A stretch of 54,793 nt of DNA, from the NCBI GenBank assembly GCA_963980215.1, contig CAXBYZ010000004.1:1-54793 (forward strand). Reading direction: 5' to 3'. Source of the DNA: an uncultured bacterium. GTDB lineage: Bacteria; Patescibacteriota; Microgenomatia; UBA1400; CG1-02-47-37. The notes beneath the pieces are model-generated. The model was given only the letters and a program-made list of their open reading frames with translations. It did no database searches and had not been told where the DNA came from. The position numbers were made by a program, and so were the translations under genes. Positions within the stretch are counted from its first letter, which is position 1. Each line of letters begins with the position of its first letter. This document shows, piece after piece, positions 1 to 9,983 of the stretch.

Positions 1-49
1 ACTGGACCCTCAATGGTGTTTACAGCCAGTTGTTGAGTTTTGTTTAGCT

Positions 50-589
50 TCATTTCAAGTCTTTGTAGAAGTAGATGGTGTCGACAAATTTTTGGTGAAA
101 TTGATGACCTTGAGGAAGTCTGCCATACTTTTTAAAGCCAAGTTTTTTGTATAGTTTGATAGCAACTTTGTTATTAGCTAGACAATTCAGGGTGATTTTG
201 CTAACTTTTAAGGTTGTCTGAGCTTCACTGATGATGTATTCCATTAGTTTTTTGCCGATGCCCTGAGATCGATATTCTTTTAATAAGGCAATTCCAAAGG
301 TGCCAATATGAGTGCTACGACGGCCATTTTTTTCTATATGGCTGGCTCCGATGATTTGATCTCCATCTAAAACTAGAAAATGAAGTTTGGTTTTTTTGTT
401 AATTTGATCGATGGTGTGTTTTAGAAAAGATTTTTCTTCTTCTAGGGTAATTGGTTCTTTGGGGTTTAAAGTAATATATGTGTCTTCGGCTTCGATGGTT
501 TTGGCGTATTTATATAGAGCGTTAAGGTCGGTTGGTTGTGGAAGCCTGATGGAAATAATTTTACCAAGCTTGGTAGTAAGGGTTTTCAT
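50..589 (-). CDS. GNAT family N-acetyltransferase (RimJ/RimL-like)
   Basis: 179 aa ORF with acetyl-CoA motif 'YRSQGIGKKL' and 'NKVAIKLYKKLGF'. Confidence 0.85.
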   Translation of the reverse strand: MKTLTTKLGKIISIRLPQPTDLNALYKYAKTIEAEDTYITLNPKEPITLEEEKSFLKHTIDQINKKTKLHFLVLDGDQIIGASHIEKNGRRSTHIGTFGIALLKEYRSQGIGKKLMEYIISEAQTTLKVSKITLNCLANNKVAIKLYKKLGFKKYGRLPQGHQFHQKFVDTIYFYKDLK

Positions 590-1590
590 TTTAGTTTTTC
601 AGTCTCTTTTTCTGGAGTGAGAGATCTGGTAGATTCAAGTTTTTGACCAATGAGAGTGAAAGAGGTGGTGACTTCTGAGAACTTGTTGTAGGAGTTGCCG
701 ATGTGAGTGCCTAGGGTGGCTAGCTTGTCTTGGAGTTTTGTGTAGTCACCTTGAATAGCCCTTATGAGGGTAAAAATTTCTTTAGATTTGCTTTCTATTT
801 TTTTACCTTCAAAAGAAAGTAAGATCATCTGAAGGTGAGCATAAAGAGTGGAGGGAGAAACTGAATAAACTCTTTTTTGTCTGGCGTAGTTGCTTAGTTC
901 TGTTAGGTTAGCGATTTCGTAGTAAACGGCCTCTGAGGGAATGTACATTAAGGCAAAATCCATAGTGCCCTCTTCTGGGAGGATGTATTTTTGTGAAATG
1001 GATTTAATGTGTTGTTTGACATCTTTGACAAAAGCTTTGCGGTGAAGGTTTTGATCTTTTTTGTCTTTTGATTTAGCTAGTTTTTGAAAATTTTCCATGG
1101 GGAATTTTGAGTCGATAGGAAGAATGCCGGCATCAGTTTGAATGGCGGCGTCTACTTTGACTCCGGATTTAAATGAGTATTGGAGATGAAAAGAATTCTT
1201 GGGGAACATTTGGGAAATTAGATCTGTTAAAACTTCTTCTCCGATATTGCCTCTTAGCTTTGGAGAGCGTAAGAATTCATTGAGTTCTTGCATAGATCTT
1301 GAAACGGCTGAAAATTGACCGGCTTCTTTTTGGAGAGAGCCGATAACTTTAGTGGCCTTGTCTAGGCGCTGATTCATTTCCTTGGAAGATTGATGGAGGC
1401 TGTTGACTAGATGTTTGTTTGAAGACTGGAGAGAGCTTGAGAGAACGTTTTGCAAGTCTTTGATGTCTTGCTGGGTAGTTTTGGCCCAGTCTAGTAAGGT
1501 AGAATCTTTATTTTTTGAAAGCAACCAAGCGATAATAGAAAAACCTATTATAATTAAGATAATGATTAAATAAAACTCTGGAGAAGTCAT
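586..1590 (-). CDS. rmuC: DNA recombination protein RmuC
   Basis: N-terminal TM helix, coiled coil, 'RGNIGE', 'IDSKFP', 'DFALMYIPSE', 'VSPSTL'. Likely start is ATG at 1590 (MTSPEFY); the ORF track extends to 1641. Confidence 0.88.
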   Translation of the reverse strand: MTSPEFYLIIILIIIGFSIIAWLLSKNKDSTLLDWAKTTQQDIKDLQNVLSSSLQSSNKHLVNSLHQSSKEMNQRLDKATKVIGSLQKEAGQFSAVSRSMQELNEFLRSPKLRGNIGEEVLTDLISQMFPKNSFHLQYSFKSGVKVDAAIQTDAGILPIDSKFPMENFQKLAKSKDKKDQNLHRKAFVKDVKQHIKSISQKYILPEEGTMDFALMYIPSEAVYYEIANLTELSNYARQKRVYSVSPSTLYAHLQMILLSFEGKKIESKSKEIFTLIRAIQGDYTKLQDKLATLGTHIGNSYNKFSEVTTSFTLIGQKLESTRSLTPEKETEKLK

Positions 1591-1610
1591 ATAGAATAAT
1601 TCTAACATAT

Positions 1611-1928
1611 ATGAAGAAATCACGAAAAAACTATTTACCAACTTTGATTTTAGTTTTGGTTCTTTGGAGCTTGTTCTTTGGAATGATTTTTTATGTTGAG
1701 CCGGAGTTGGTGAAAAATGTTTTGGTAGATGGCTTGTATTTGCCGTTTTTTTTGTTGTTTATTCCGGCATGTTTTTTTACCTTGGCGTTGGTATTAGGAA
1801 ATACAAGAAGAGGCTTTTTAGTGACTGTTGGTTTGAGTATTTTTTTGGTGTTGAGGGTCTATGAACTGGGCAATATATTAAACTTATTATTGATATCGGG
1901 GATAGTGATAGCGATTGATAGAAGTTGA
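1611..1928 (+). CDS. small multi-pass membrane protein, function unknown
   Basis: 105 aa with 3-4 hydrophobic segments. Confidence 0.65.
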   Translation: MKKSRKNYLPTLILVLVLWSLFFGMIFYVEPELVKNVLVDGLYLPFFLLFIPACFFTLALVLGNTRRGFLVTVGLSIFLVLRVYELGNILNLLLISGIVIAIDRS

Positions 1929-2009
1929 CAAGAGTGAAGGTTTTTCACTATAGTTTAATTAGTTAAAGTTATTAATTTAGTTGATTAAACTAATTAGAGG
2001 GTTGAATAT

Positions 2010-2381
2010 ATGCAGGTTTCAAAAAAAGATATTAATAAAAAGATAGAAGCAAAAATATTTAAAAGCTTGTATCAGGTGTTGGCAGATTTAAAACAACCGA
2101 AAGATGTGGAGATGTTTTTGGAAGATACTTTGAGTGAAACTGAAAAAACTGTGTTAGCAAAACGTTTGGGTATTGCGTGTTATTTAAACAACAATAAGTC
2201 TTATGAAAGAATTCGACAAGACTTAAGAGTTTCTTCGGCCACGATTGCTAATGTACAAAAGTGGATGGAGAGTGGTGGTGAAGGTTTGCAACTAGCCTTG
2301 AAAACCATTGAAGCTGACGAGTGGGCAGGACAGATGGCAAACAAGATAAGTGATTCTGTAAAAAAAGTTTTTAAGAGATAA
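2010..2381 (+). CDS. TrpR-like (YerC/YecD) HTH protein
   Basis: 'FLEDTLSETEKTVLAKRL...SYERIRQDLRVSSATIANV' matches the TrpR-like fold; upstream TTGACA(1925)-18nt-TATAGT(1949). Confidence 0.8.
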   Translation: MQVSKKDINKKIEAKIFKSLYQVLADLKQPKDVEMFLEDTLSETEKTVLAKRLGIACYLNNNKSYERIRQDLRVSSATIANVQKWMESGGEGLQLALKTIEADEWAGQMANKISDSVKKVFKR

Positions 2382-2410
2382 GAGATTAATTTTTTTGCTA
2401 CAATAAGGTA

Positions 2411-3955
2411 ATGAAAGATAAATTTTATATTACGGCAGCAATCCCCTATACTTCTGGTTTGCCTCATGCTGGTCACACTTTGGAGTACATTATTTCTGAT
2501 GTAGTAAGTAGATACTGGAGACTTTATGGAAAAGAGGTTAGGTTTATTTGTGGGTCTGATGAAAATGGCCAAAAAATTCTTGAGGCTTCAAAAAAAGAAA
2601 AAGTAACTCCTTTGGAGTTGGGAGATAAATATACTAAAGCTTTTCAAGATCATATAAGAAATTTGAATATACAAGTTGATGATTGGAGGAGGGGTAGTGA
2701 TCAAAAACTTCATTGGCTTGGAGTTCAAAATTTGTGGAAAAAATGTTTAGAAAATGGAGATATCTACAAGAAAACATATAAAGGACTTTATTGTGTTGGT
2801 TGTGAACAGTTTTATAAAAAAACTGAGTTAAAAGATGGGAAGTGCCCTGAGCACTTGAGAGAGCCAGAAGTAGTTGAAGAAGAGAATTATTTTTTTAAAC
2901 TTTCTAAATACCAAGATAGGTTGCTGAAATTAATAGAAAGTGATGAGTTGAAAGTTTTCCCTAAAGCAAGGAGGAATGAAACTCTGGGTTTTGTTCGACA
3001 AGGCTTGGAAGATTTTTCTGTGTCTCGTCCAAAAGAGAGATTGGAAGGACTTGGAGTGCCGGTGCCGGGCGATGACTCACAAATAATGTATGTTTGGTTT
3101 GATGCTTTAACTATATATATGACTGCTTCCGGTTGGGGTTATGATGAAACTTTATGGAAAAAATGGTGGCCGGCGGATTTACATGTAATTGGTAAGGGGA
3201 TTTATAGATTTCACACTGTTTATTGGCCGGCGATGTTAATTTCGGCTGGCCTTCCCCTGCCAAAAAGTGTTTTGGTTCATGGTTATGTAACTAGTGGAGG
3301 GCAAAAAATGGCTAAGTCTTTGGGGAATGTGGTGGATCCTGAAGAGCTGTTAAAAAAGTATGGGACTGACCCGGTTCGCTATTACTTGCTTAAAGAAATC
3401 CCCACTCAATCTGATGGTGATTTTACTATTGAGAGATTTAAAAAAGTTTACAATTCTGACTTGGCTAATGGCTTGGGGAATTTAACTTCTAGGATTTTGT
3501 CGATGGCGGAGAAATTTACTGATGGGAAGGTGCCAGAGATTGAGAAAGCAGCCGATGATCATCCGCTGCGAGTAGATGAAAAAATTTATAACTGGAAAAA
3601 GGCTTGGAAAGCGATTGATAAGTATGTACCTGCTTATGAAAACCATAAAGCTTTGGATGGGATTTGGAGATTTATTCACGCTGCGGATAAATATATTGAT
3701 GAGAATAAACCTTGGGAACTAGCAAAAAAGAACAAACAAAAAGAGATTAATTGGGTGGTTTATGGCTTACTTGATGCCTTGCATCAATTGGCGTGGCAAA
3801 TTAATGTTTTCTTACCAGAAACTAGCATGAAGATTGCGGAAGCTTTGTCGATTAAACCGTTGCTTTTGGAGCAGCCAAACTATAAAGATAGTTGGACAAA
3901 TATTAAGCCCGGGGTTAAGATTAAAAAAATTGAAGGATTGTTTCCGAGATTATAA
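2411..3955 (+). CDS. metG: methionine--tRNA ligase (short form, no C-terminal OB domain)
   Basis: 'FYITAAIPY...HAGH', zinc knuckle 'CVGCE...CPEH', 'YVWFDAL', 'KMAKS'. Confidence 0.96.
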   Translation: MKDKFYITAAIPYTSGLPHAGHTLEYIISDVVSRYWRLYGKEVRFICGSDENGQKILEASKKEKVTPLELGDKYTKAFQDHIRNLNIQVDDWRRGSDQKLHWLGVQNLWKKCLENGDIYKKTYKGLYCVGCEQFYKKTELKDGKCPEHLREPEVVEEENYFFKLSKYQDRLLKLIESDELKVFPKARRNETLGFVRQGLEDFSVSRPKERLEGLGVPVPGDDSQIMYVWFDALTIYMTASGWGYDETLWKKWWPADLHVIGKGIYRFHTVYWPAMLISAGLPLPKSVLVHGYVTSGGQKMAKSLGNVVDPEELLKKYGTDPVRYYLLKEIPTQSDGDFTIERFKKVYNSDLANGLGNLTSRILSMAEKFTDGKVPEIEKAADDHPLRVDEKIYNWKKAWKAIDKYVPAYENHKALDGIWRFIHAADKYIDENKPWELAKKNKQKEINWVVYGLLDALHQLAWQINVFLPETSMKIAEALSIKPLLLEQPNYKDSWTNIKPGVKIKKIEGLFPRL

Positions 3956-3985
3956 ATATTACTAGAATTACAAGGAATAAATTGA

Positions 3986-3998
3986 AAGTTCGGAACTT
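3986..3998. repeat. family-I hairpin singlet (AAGTTCGGAACTT), intergenic between convergent metG and relE
   Basis: 6-bp arms around the same core as the other copies. Confidence 0.65.
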
Positions 3999-4002
3999 GA
4001 AA

Positions 4003-4260
4003 TTAGCGGTAGATTTCGCTACGATGGCCAATTTTTAGAATTATGATCATTTTATCTTCTAGGTCAAAAACTACTCTATAATTTCCAATACGAAATCGAA
4101 ATTCTCCTATCTCATTATCAGTTAATTTGTCTGCATAATACAAAGGCTCTTTTTGGCAGAAAAAATCAAGTTTAGAAAAAATTCTAGTTTGGATTTTAAA
4201 AGGAAGTTTTGCTAATTGTTTAAAAGCTTTGGGTTCAAATTTATATTCAAACTTTCCCAT
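4003..4260 (-). CDS. RelE/ParE family type II toxin
   Basis: 85 aa, 'FRFRIGNYRVVF...IGHRSEIY'. Confidence 0.9.
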   Translation of the reverse strand: MGKFEYKFEPKAFKQLAKLPFKIQTRIFSKLDFFCQKEPLYYADKLTDNEIGEFRFRIGNYRVVFDLEDKMIIILKIGHRSEIYR

Positions 4261-4269
4261 ACATTAACG

Positions 4270-4551
4270 TTATTTTATCCCCAAATGTTTTTTTGCTTCT
4301 TTGGCACTAATAAAAGTTTTCGATTGTCTAGCTTTGGAAATGGCTTTAAGGTATTTGGGACTAGATAAAGCCTCAAAATCTTCTAGAAGTGAATCCCAAA
4401 GTTTGTTGGGAATCATAACGCCTAAAGGTTTTTTGTTACGCATAACACGATAAAATTTATTAGCTCTTGAAGCTTTATTAAAAAGTTTGGTGGTTCCGGC
4501 TTGAACTTCCTGAACATTGGTAAAATCTTCTTGGGAAATTAACTGATTCAT
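4270..4551 (-). CDS. antitoxin (Phd/YefM-like) of the RelE toxin
   Basis: 93 aa directly upstream of the toxin; 'VMRNKKPLGVMI...LLEDFEALSSP'. Confidence 0.75.
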   Translation of the reverse strand: MNQLISQEDFTNVQEVQAGTTKLFNKASRANKFYRVMRNKKPLGVMIPNKLWDSLLEDFEALSSPKYLKAISKARQSKTFISAKEAKKHLGIK

Positions 4552-4590
4552 ATGTCATAATTATGACATAATTATGACAGTTATGTCAAG
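4551..4590 (-). promoter_or_regulatory. TA promoter/operator
   Basis: Perfect 20-bp palindrome TATGTCATAATTATGACATA (4551-4570); four TATG(A/T)CA repeats; TTGACA on the minus strand at 4584-4589. Confidence 0.7.
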
Positions 4591-4609
4591 TGTTGTATAA
4601 TGGGATTTA

Positions 4610-5479
4610 ATGTATATAGATACGCATTGCCATCTTAACCTGAAAGATTTTGAGAGTGATTGGAGAGAAGTGGTTGAAAAAGCTAAAAAAGCTGGTGTTT
4701 CAAAGATGATTGTGGTGGGAGCTGACTTAAGTTCTAGCAAGAGAGCTATAGAAATGGCGGAAGAAGTTGAAGGTCTTTATGCTGTGGTTGGATTTCACCC
4801 ACATCACTGTAAGGGTCTTGATGATGTTGATGAGATGATGGCCTCAATAGAAAAACTTACCAAAAACAAGAAAGTGGTGGCTATTGGTGAGTGCGGGTTG
4901 GATTACCATGTGTATCAAAAATCTAAGTATGAAAAAACTCAAGTAACTGAGGATCAAAAAAAATTGCAAAAACGGGTGTTTGGGAGACAAATTCAATTAG
5001 CTAGTAAATTGAATTTACCTCTAGTAATTCACAATCGAGAAGCTCAAAGAGATATTTTGGATACAATTGACCATTTTTGTAAAAGTGATGGCAAGTACCC
5101 AAAAGGAGTGTTTCATTGTATTTCTGGCTCTAAAAAATTTGTGAAACAACTGATAGAGAGGGGTTTTTATGTAGGGGTAGACGGAAATGTTACGTATAGT
5201 AGTGAGGTTCAGGCTTTAGTAGATGAAATACCACTTGAACGATTGTTGCTTGAAACTGATTCTCCTTGGCTAACACCGGAGCCGTTACGTAGCCAACAGA
5301 AGGTTCCGAACCGTCTTTCGCTAAAGCTGCAGACCGCTGATGGTTTGGAACCAAAATTGAGAAATACTCCTATAAGTGTTAGAATCGTGGCCGAGTACTT
5401 ATCTCAAGCAAAAAATGTTAGCTTAGAAAAAATAAGAGCCTCAACGACTAAAAATGCTGAGGCTTTGTTTAATATATGA
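4610..5479 (+). CDS. tatD: TatD family hydrolase carrying a ~20-aa palindromic-element insertion
   Basis: 'IDTHCH', 'GFHPH', 'IGECGLDY', 'LLLETDSP'; extra peptide between 'PEPLR' and 'RNTP'. Confidence 0.93.
   Translation: MYIDTHCHLNLKDFESDWREVVEKAKKAGVSKMIVVGADLSSSKRAIEMAEEVEGLYAVVGFHPHHCKGLDDVDEMMASIEKLTKNKKVVAIGECGLDYHVYQKSKYEKTQVTEDQKKLQKRVFGRQIQLASKLNLPLVIHNREAQRDILDTIDHFCKSDGKYPKGVFHCISGSKKFVKQLIERGFYVGVDGNVTYSSEVQALVDEIPLERLLLETDSPWLTPEPLRSQQKVPNRLSLKLQTADGLEPKLRNTPISVRIVAEYLSQAKNVSLEKIRASTTKNAEALFNI
5300..5352 (+). repeat. family-I doublet, subtype A cargo, inside tatD
   Basis: AAGGTTCCGAAC-cgtctttcgctaaagctgcagaccgctgat-GGTTTGGAACC; homologous to 24054-24105 and 44075-44126. Confidence 0.9.
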
Positions 5480-6963
5480 GAAAATGGTTGATTAAAAATG
5501 AACGAAAGGTGATCCGCTTTTTGGAAATCATGCCGGGATTTATTTCTTGGTCTTTGATTCTGTTTCCAGTTTGGGGGGCTTTTTTTGTCCCAACTGCAGT
5601 GGCATACTATATTATTGGCTTTGATATTTATTGGCTTTATCGATCTGTAGTAGCGGCAGTTATGGCAGTGATGTCAAATTTTAGGATAAAGGCTGCTCAA
5701 AGATTTGATTGGTTTGGAGAAGTTAAATCCTTTTTGGATTGGGATAGAGTTCATCATATAGTAGTTATCCCCACCTATATGGAGCCTTTGCACACTTTAA
5801 AGAGAACTTTAAAAGGGTTATCTAAACAGACATTTCCAAGAAAGAATTTGACTATAGTTTTGGGTTTTGAAAAAAGAGAAGGAGCGAAAGGGAGAGACAA
5901 AGCAAAGAGATTGTTAAAAGAATTTGACGGGGTATTTGGTAATTTAATTACTACTTTTCATCCTGACTTGAAGGGAGAAGTTAAGGGTAAATCTTCAAAT
6001 ACTGCTTGGGCGGCAAAAATTGCTAAAAAATTGTTAATTGATAAACAAGGTAAGGATATAAATTACTGCACAATAACCTCTAATGACGCAGATGCGATAC
6101 TACATCCTCATTATTTTTCATATTTGTCTTTTAAGTTTTTGGATGATCCGAAGAGATACGAGAGAATTTGGCAGTCGGCTATTCATTTTTATAACAACAT
6201 TTGGAAGTTACCGGTGCTAACTAGAACTTTTAACAGAATATCTAGTGTGGTGGCTACAGGAATTTTGATGAGAAAAGATAGATTGATTAACTTTTCGACT
6301 TACTCGATTAGTTTGAAGTTGGTGGATGATATTGGGTATTGGGATGTTGATGTGATTCCGGAAGATTATCGAATGTTTTTTAAAGCATTTTATGCAACTT
6401 CTGGGAGGGTGGAAGTAGAGCCAATTTTCTTACCAAGTTTTGCTGATGCGGCTGAGGCTCATGGTTTCTGGAATACGATGACTAATCAATACGAACAAAT
6501 TAAGCGGTGGGCGTGGGGAGTGAGCGATGATTCGTATATCATCTTTAAGTGGCTGACTGTGCCTAATATGCCGTTTTGGGAGAAGTCGATTAGATCTTTC
6601 TTTGTGGTAAAAGATCATATCTTGTGGCCAGTAAGTTGGTTTGCAATTACTCTGGGAGCAAACATTCCACCTTTGCTTAATAAAGATTTTAATCGAACTA
6701 TTATTGGTAAAACCTTACCTCAAGTTTCATCTGGAATCTTGACAATTACTTTAGTAGCGATGATAGCGATTATTTTTATTGACTGGCAACAGAAACCAAA
6801 AGCTCCAAAGGGAACTAAGTGGTGGAGGAAAGCGATCAGTCCGTTTGAGTTTGTCTTATTGCCAATAATTGGGTTCTTTTTTACAGCTTTACCTGGCTTG
6901 GACGCACACACGAGACTGATGCTAGGGAGATATATGGAATATAGGGTGACAGAAAAGGTATAA
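5476..6963 (+). CDS. glycosyltransferase family 2, membrane-embedded (processive-type)
   Basis: 'VIPTYME', 'DAD', 'EDY', 'QIKRW' (D,D,D,QxxRW) plus TM helices. Confidence 0.88.
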   Translation: MRKWLIKNERKVIRFLEIMPGFISWSLILFPVWGAFFVPTAVAYYIIGFDIYWLYRSVVAAVMAVMSNFRIKAAQRFDWFGEVKSFLDWDRVHHIVVIPTYMEPLHTLKRTLKGLSKQTFPRKNLTIVLGFEKREGAKGRDKAKRLLKEFDGVFGNLITTFHPDLKGEVKGKSSNTAWAAKIAKKLLIDKQGKDINYCTITSNDADAILHPHYFSYLSFKFLDDPKRYERIWQSAIHFYNNIWKLPVLTRTFNRISSVVATGILMRKDRLINFSTYSISLKLVDDIGYWDVDVIPEDYRMFFKAFYATSGRVEVEPIFLPSFADAAEAHGFWNTMTNQYEQIKRWAWGVSDDSYIIFKWLTVPNMPFWEKSIRSFFVVKDHILWPVSWFAITLGANIPPLLNKDFNRTIIGKTLPQVSSGILTITLVAMIAIIFIDWQQKPKAPKGTKWWRKAISPFEFVLLPIIGFFFTALPGLDAHTRLMLGRYMEYRVTEKV

Positions 6964-6970
6964 TTAATTA

Positions 6971-8482
6971 ATGAAGAGGTTTTTTAGTTGGATCCAAAAA
7001 AATGAGGGGATAATATTACTGTTACTTTTGGTGGTGGTGTTAAGAATTCCCTCTTTGTTTGAACCGTATTGGTATGGAGATGAGGGAATTTATTTAGCTT
7101 TAGGTCAGGGGTTTAAAAAGGGTTTGGTGTTTTATCGAGATATTCATGACAATAAACCTCCTCTACTTTATTTCTTGGCGTCTTTGGCAGGAAATGTGTT
7201 TTATTTTAGATTGATGTTGATGGTCTGCTTCTCTGCGGCGGTAACTTTGTTCTTTAAGTTAATGAAGTTATTGTTTCCAAAAACTCCCAAGGCTTGGTAT
7301 TTGTCAAGTTTGTTGATGATATTGTTAACCACTATAACTGAGGGAAATATTGCTAACGCTGAGATTTTTATTGTTTTGCCGGTAGTGTGGGGGTCTTTGA
7401 TTGCTTATAAGGAAACAAAGAGAGAAGTAAAAGAGCAGAAGCTAGTGAGATGGTTTTTTGCGGGACTATTATTTTCTGCCGGGTTTTTGTTAAAAGTGCC
7501 TGGATTGTTTGATTTTATGGCTGTGGTGATCTGGTTGTGGTGGTTTGAAAGCAAGTCTTTTAAGAAGTTTATTGGGGGGATTAAGGATAAGAGATTGTGG
7601 TTGATGGTTGGAGGATTTTTACTACCAATTGTAATAAGTATTGTTTACTACTTTCTTAATGGAGCTGGAGAGAGGTATTTGCGATCGGCTTTGATGCAAA
7701 ATATTGGCTACCTTGCTTCTTGGAGCACGGGCGAGCACTCGAATAGCGGTTTTGCTTCTTCTAGTGGATTGATAGTTAGAGCTGGATTGTTGTTTATATC
7801 TGTAGTTTCTTATTTGATATTTTCCAAGAAGCTTAAGCTGTCATCAGGAGCTAACTTGAGTGTGGTTTGGTTCTTGTTTGGTTTGTTTGGAGCTTTGTTG
7901 TCTGAGAGGCCGTATCCTCACTACTTGATACAGCCGATTGTGCCCTTGGCTATTTTAATTAGTTACTTTTTGTTTGGGAGAAGAAAGGTGATGAAGCTTG
8001 TAGTTTTTGGAGTTGGATTGATTTCTGGGTTTTATTATTATCAAATTAAGTTTTGGTACTACCCTATTGTGCCTTATTATAAAAATTATATTGAGTACTC
8101 TTTGGGTAGGAAGAGTGTTGATGAGTACAGAAACTATTTTGACTGGAGAGTGACGCAGACATACAAGGTGGCTGAGTATGTAAAAGAAAGTACGGTTGAG
8201 TCTGACCGATTGTTTATATGGGGAGATGAGCCTTATATTTACCCCTTGACCGATCGACTACCTATTGGTCGATACACAGTGGCTTATCATGTGGTTGATT
8301 TTAATGGATTTGATGAGACTTTAATTGCTTTTGATAAGTTTAAGCCGAAAGTGGTGATAGTAATGGAGTATGAGAAAAGGCCTTTTCCAGAACTTAAAGC
8401 AAGATTGATGACTGATTATGTATTGATAAAAAAAATTGATCAAGGGTTGATATATCGTCGGGTTAATGGAATTGAAAAATGA
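6971..8482 (+). CDS. GT-C fold membrane glycosyltransferase (ArnT/PMT-like)
   Basis: 'WYGDEGIY...YRDIHDNKPP', many TM helices, C-terminal soluble domain. Confidence 0.75.
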   Translation: MKRFFSWIQKNEGIILLLLLVVVLRIPSLFEPYWYGDEGIYLALGQGFKKGLVFYRDIHDNKPPLLYFLASLAGNVFYFRLMLMVCFSAAVTLFFKLMKLLFPKTPKAWYLSSLLMILLTTITEGNIANAEIFIVLPVVWGSLIAYKETKREVKEQKLVRWFFAGLLFSAGFLLKVPGLFDFMAVVIWLWWFESKSFKKFIGGIKDKRLWLMVGGFLLPIVISIVYYFLNGAGERYLRSALMQNIGYLASWSTGEHSNSGFASSSGLIVRAGLLFISVVSYLIFSKKLKLSSGANLSVVWFLFGLFGALLSERPYPHYLIQPIVPLAILISYFLFGRRKVMKLVVFGVGLISGFYYYQIKFWYYPIVPYYKNYIEYSLGRKSVDEYRNYFDWRVTQTYKVAEYVKESTVESDRLFIWGDEPYIYPLTDRLPIGRYTVAYHVVDFNGFDETLIAFDKFKPKVVIVMEYEKRPFPELKARLMTDYVLIKKIDQGLIYRRVNGIEK

Positions 8483-8889
8483 AGAAGACAAAACAAATAA
8501 AAATATTCCCATCAAAGAAACCAAGCTTTGGTTTGATAAAATCTCAGATTGATAGCTTGGTGCTTGACTCTGTGTCTAGATTGGCTATGAGGATTGGTTT
8601 TGTTGGTTTGGGTTTAAGCGTTGTTATTTTGGCCTTCTATTGGTTAAGGTTGCCCCCGGAAGTTCCTCTTTTGTTTAGTAAGCCTTACGGAGAGAGCCAA
8701 CTGATATCTGTTTGGGGTTTGGGGTTGTTGCCAGGTTTTAGTTTATTGGTTTTGGTGATTTGTGTGAGTTGGGCGGGACAAGCGCTGGAGGAAGATAAAT
8801 TGATGGCACAACTACTTTCTTGGATTGGTGGGGTGGTGGCAATAATGAATCTTATTACTTTGATAAAAGTTGTAGGTTTGGTGGTGTGA
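8479..8889 (+). CDS. membrane protein (DUF1648-like)
   Basis: 'LPPEVPLLFSKPYG' motif with 3 TM helices. Confidence 0.6.
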   Translation: MKKTKQIKIFPSKKPSFGLIKSQIDSLVLDSVSRLAMRIGFVGLGLSVVILAFYWLRLPPEVPLLFSKPYGESQLISVWGLGLLPGFSLLVLVICVSWAGQALEEDKLMAQLLSWIGGVVAIMNLITLIKVVGLVV

Positions 8890-9983
8890 TGGAAATACTT
8901 CAATTAATTAAAGTGTTTGGTTTTAGTTTTTTTACTTCAGTGTTGATTGTTCCAGTAGTTATTTATATCTATAAAAAACTTGGCTGGCTGGATGATCCTA
9001 AAAAACAGAATCATCCAAAAGTGGTTCATAAGTACCCAGTACCCAGAGGTGGTGGGGTGGCAGTTTTCTTGGTAATCTTGATAAGTAGTTTAATTTTTTT
9101 ACCCCTAGATAAACATTTGGTGGGAATATTGCTTGGGGGGCTACTTCTAGCTATCGTGGGAGTCTGGGATGATGTGAAGAATATAAACCCCTACTTGAGG
9201 CTCGGGCTTGGGTTTTTGGCGGCCGGTTTGGTAGTGGGGGTAGGAATTGGAGTGCCTTATATTAGTAATCCTTTTTCTTCTGGAGCAGTGATAAATTTGA
9301 GCCAACCTCAAGTCCAAATTTTTTTGCTGAGAAAAGTAAGAACAATCTGGATATGGGCAGACTTAATGGCATTGTTTTGGATTGTTTCAACGATGAATTT
9401 TGTTAACTGGTCAAAGGGTTTAGATGGACAGCTGCCTGGAATTGTGGTGGTAGCGGCGAGTGTAATTGGATTGTTGAGTTTGAGGTTTGTTGATGATGTG
9501 ACTCAATGGCCGGTAATTCTATTGGCATTTATCGTAGCCGCTAGTTATTTGGGGTTATTGTTGTTTAATTTTTATCCACAAAAAATTATGCCTGGGTATG
9601 GTGGCGGGGCTTTAGCTGGATATTTTCTGGCCGTGTTGTCTATTTTATCTGGAGCAAAGGTAGCTACAGCTATTTTGGTTTTAGGAATTCCAATAATGGA
9701 TGCTTTGTACAGTATTTTAAGAAGAGTTTTTCAGGGTAATTCTCCATTTTGGGGAGATCGAGGACACCTACATCATCGGCTTCTTGATTTTGGCTGGGGG
9801 AAAAGACGGGTAGCGGTGTTTTATTGGCTTGTCTCAGGATTTTTAGGATTTTTAGCTCTTAATTTGAATGCTAAACAAAAAATGTATACAATCGTTCTGA
9901 TAGCAATTTTTGTTGGAGCCTTACTGGTATGGTTAAGTACTTATACGAGCTTTTTAAAGAAGCAAGACCTAGACAGGTCTTAA
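8889..9983 (+). CDS. MraY/WecA (polyprenyl-phosphate HexNAc-1-P transferase) family
   Basis: 'PRGGG', 'GVWDD', 'GLDG', 'DRGHLHHRL'; likely ATG at 8889 overlapping the upstream stop. Confidence 0.88.
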   Translation: MEILQLIKVFGFSFFTSVLIVPVVIYIYKKLGWLDDPKKQNHPKVVHKYPVPRGGGVAVFLVILISSLIFLPLDKHLVGILLGGLLLAIVGVWDDVKNINPYLRLGLGFLAAGLVVGVGIGVPYISNPFSSGAVINLSQPQVQIFLLRKVRTIWIWADLMALFWIVSTMNFVNWSKGLDGQLPGIVVVAASVIGLLSLRFVDDVTQWPVILLAFIVAASYLGLLLFNFYPQKIMPGYGGGALAGYFLAVLSILSGAKVATAILVLGIPIMDALYSILRRVFQGNSPFWGDRGHLHHRLLDFGWGKRRVAVFYWLVSGFLGFLALNLNAKQKMYTIVLIAIFVGALLVWLSTYTSFLKKQDLDRS

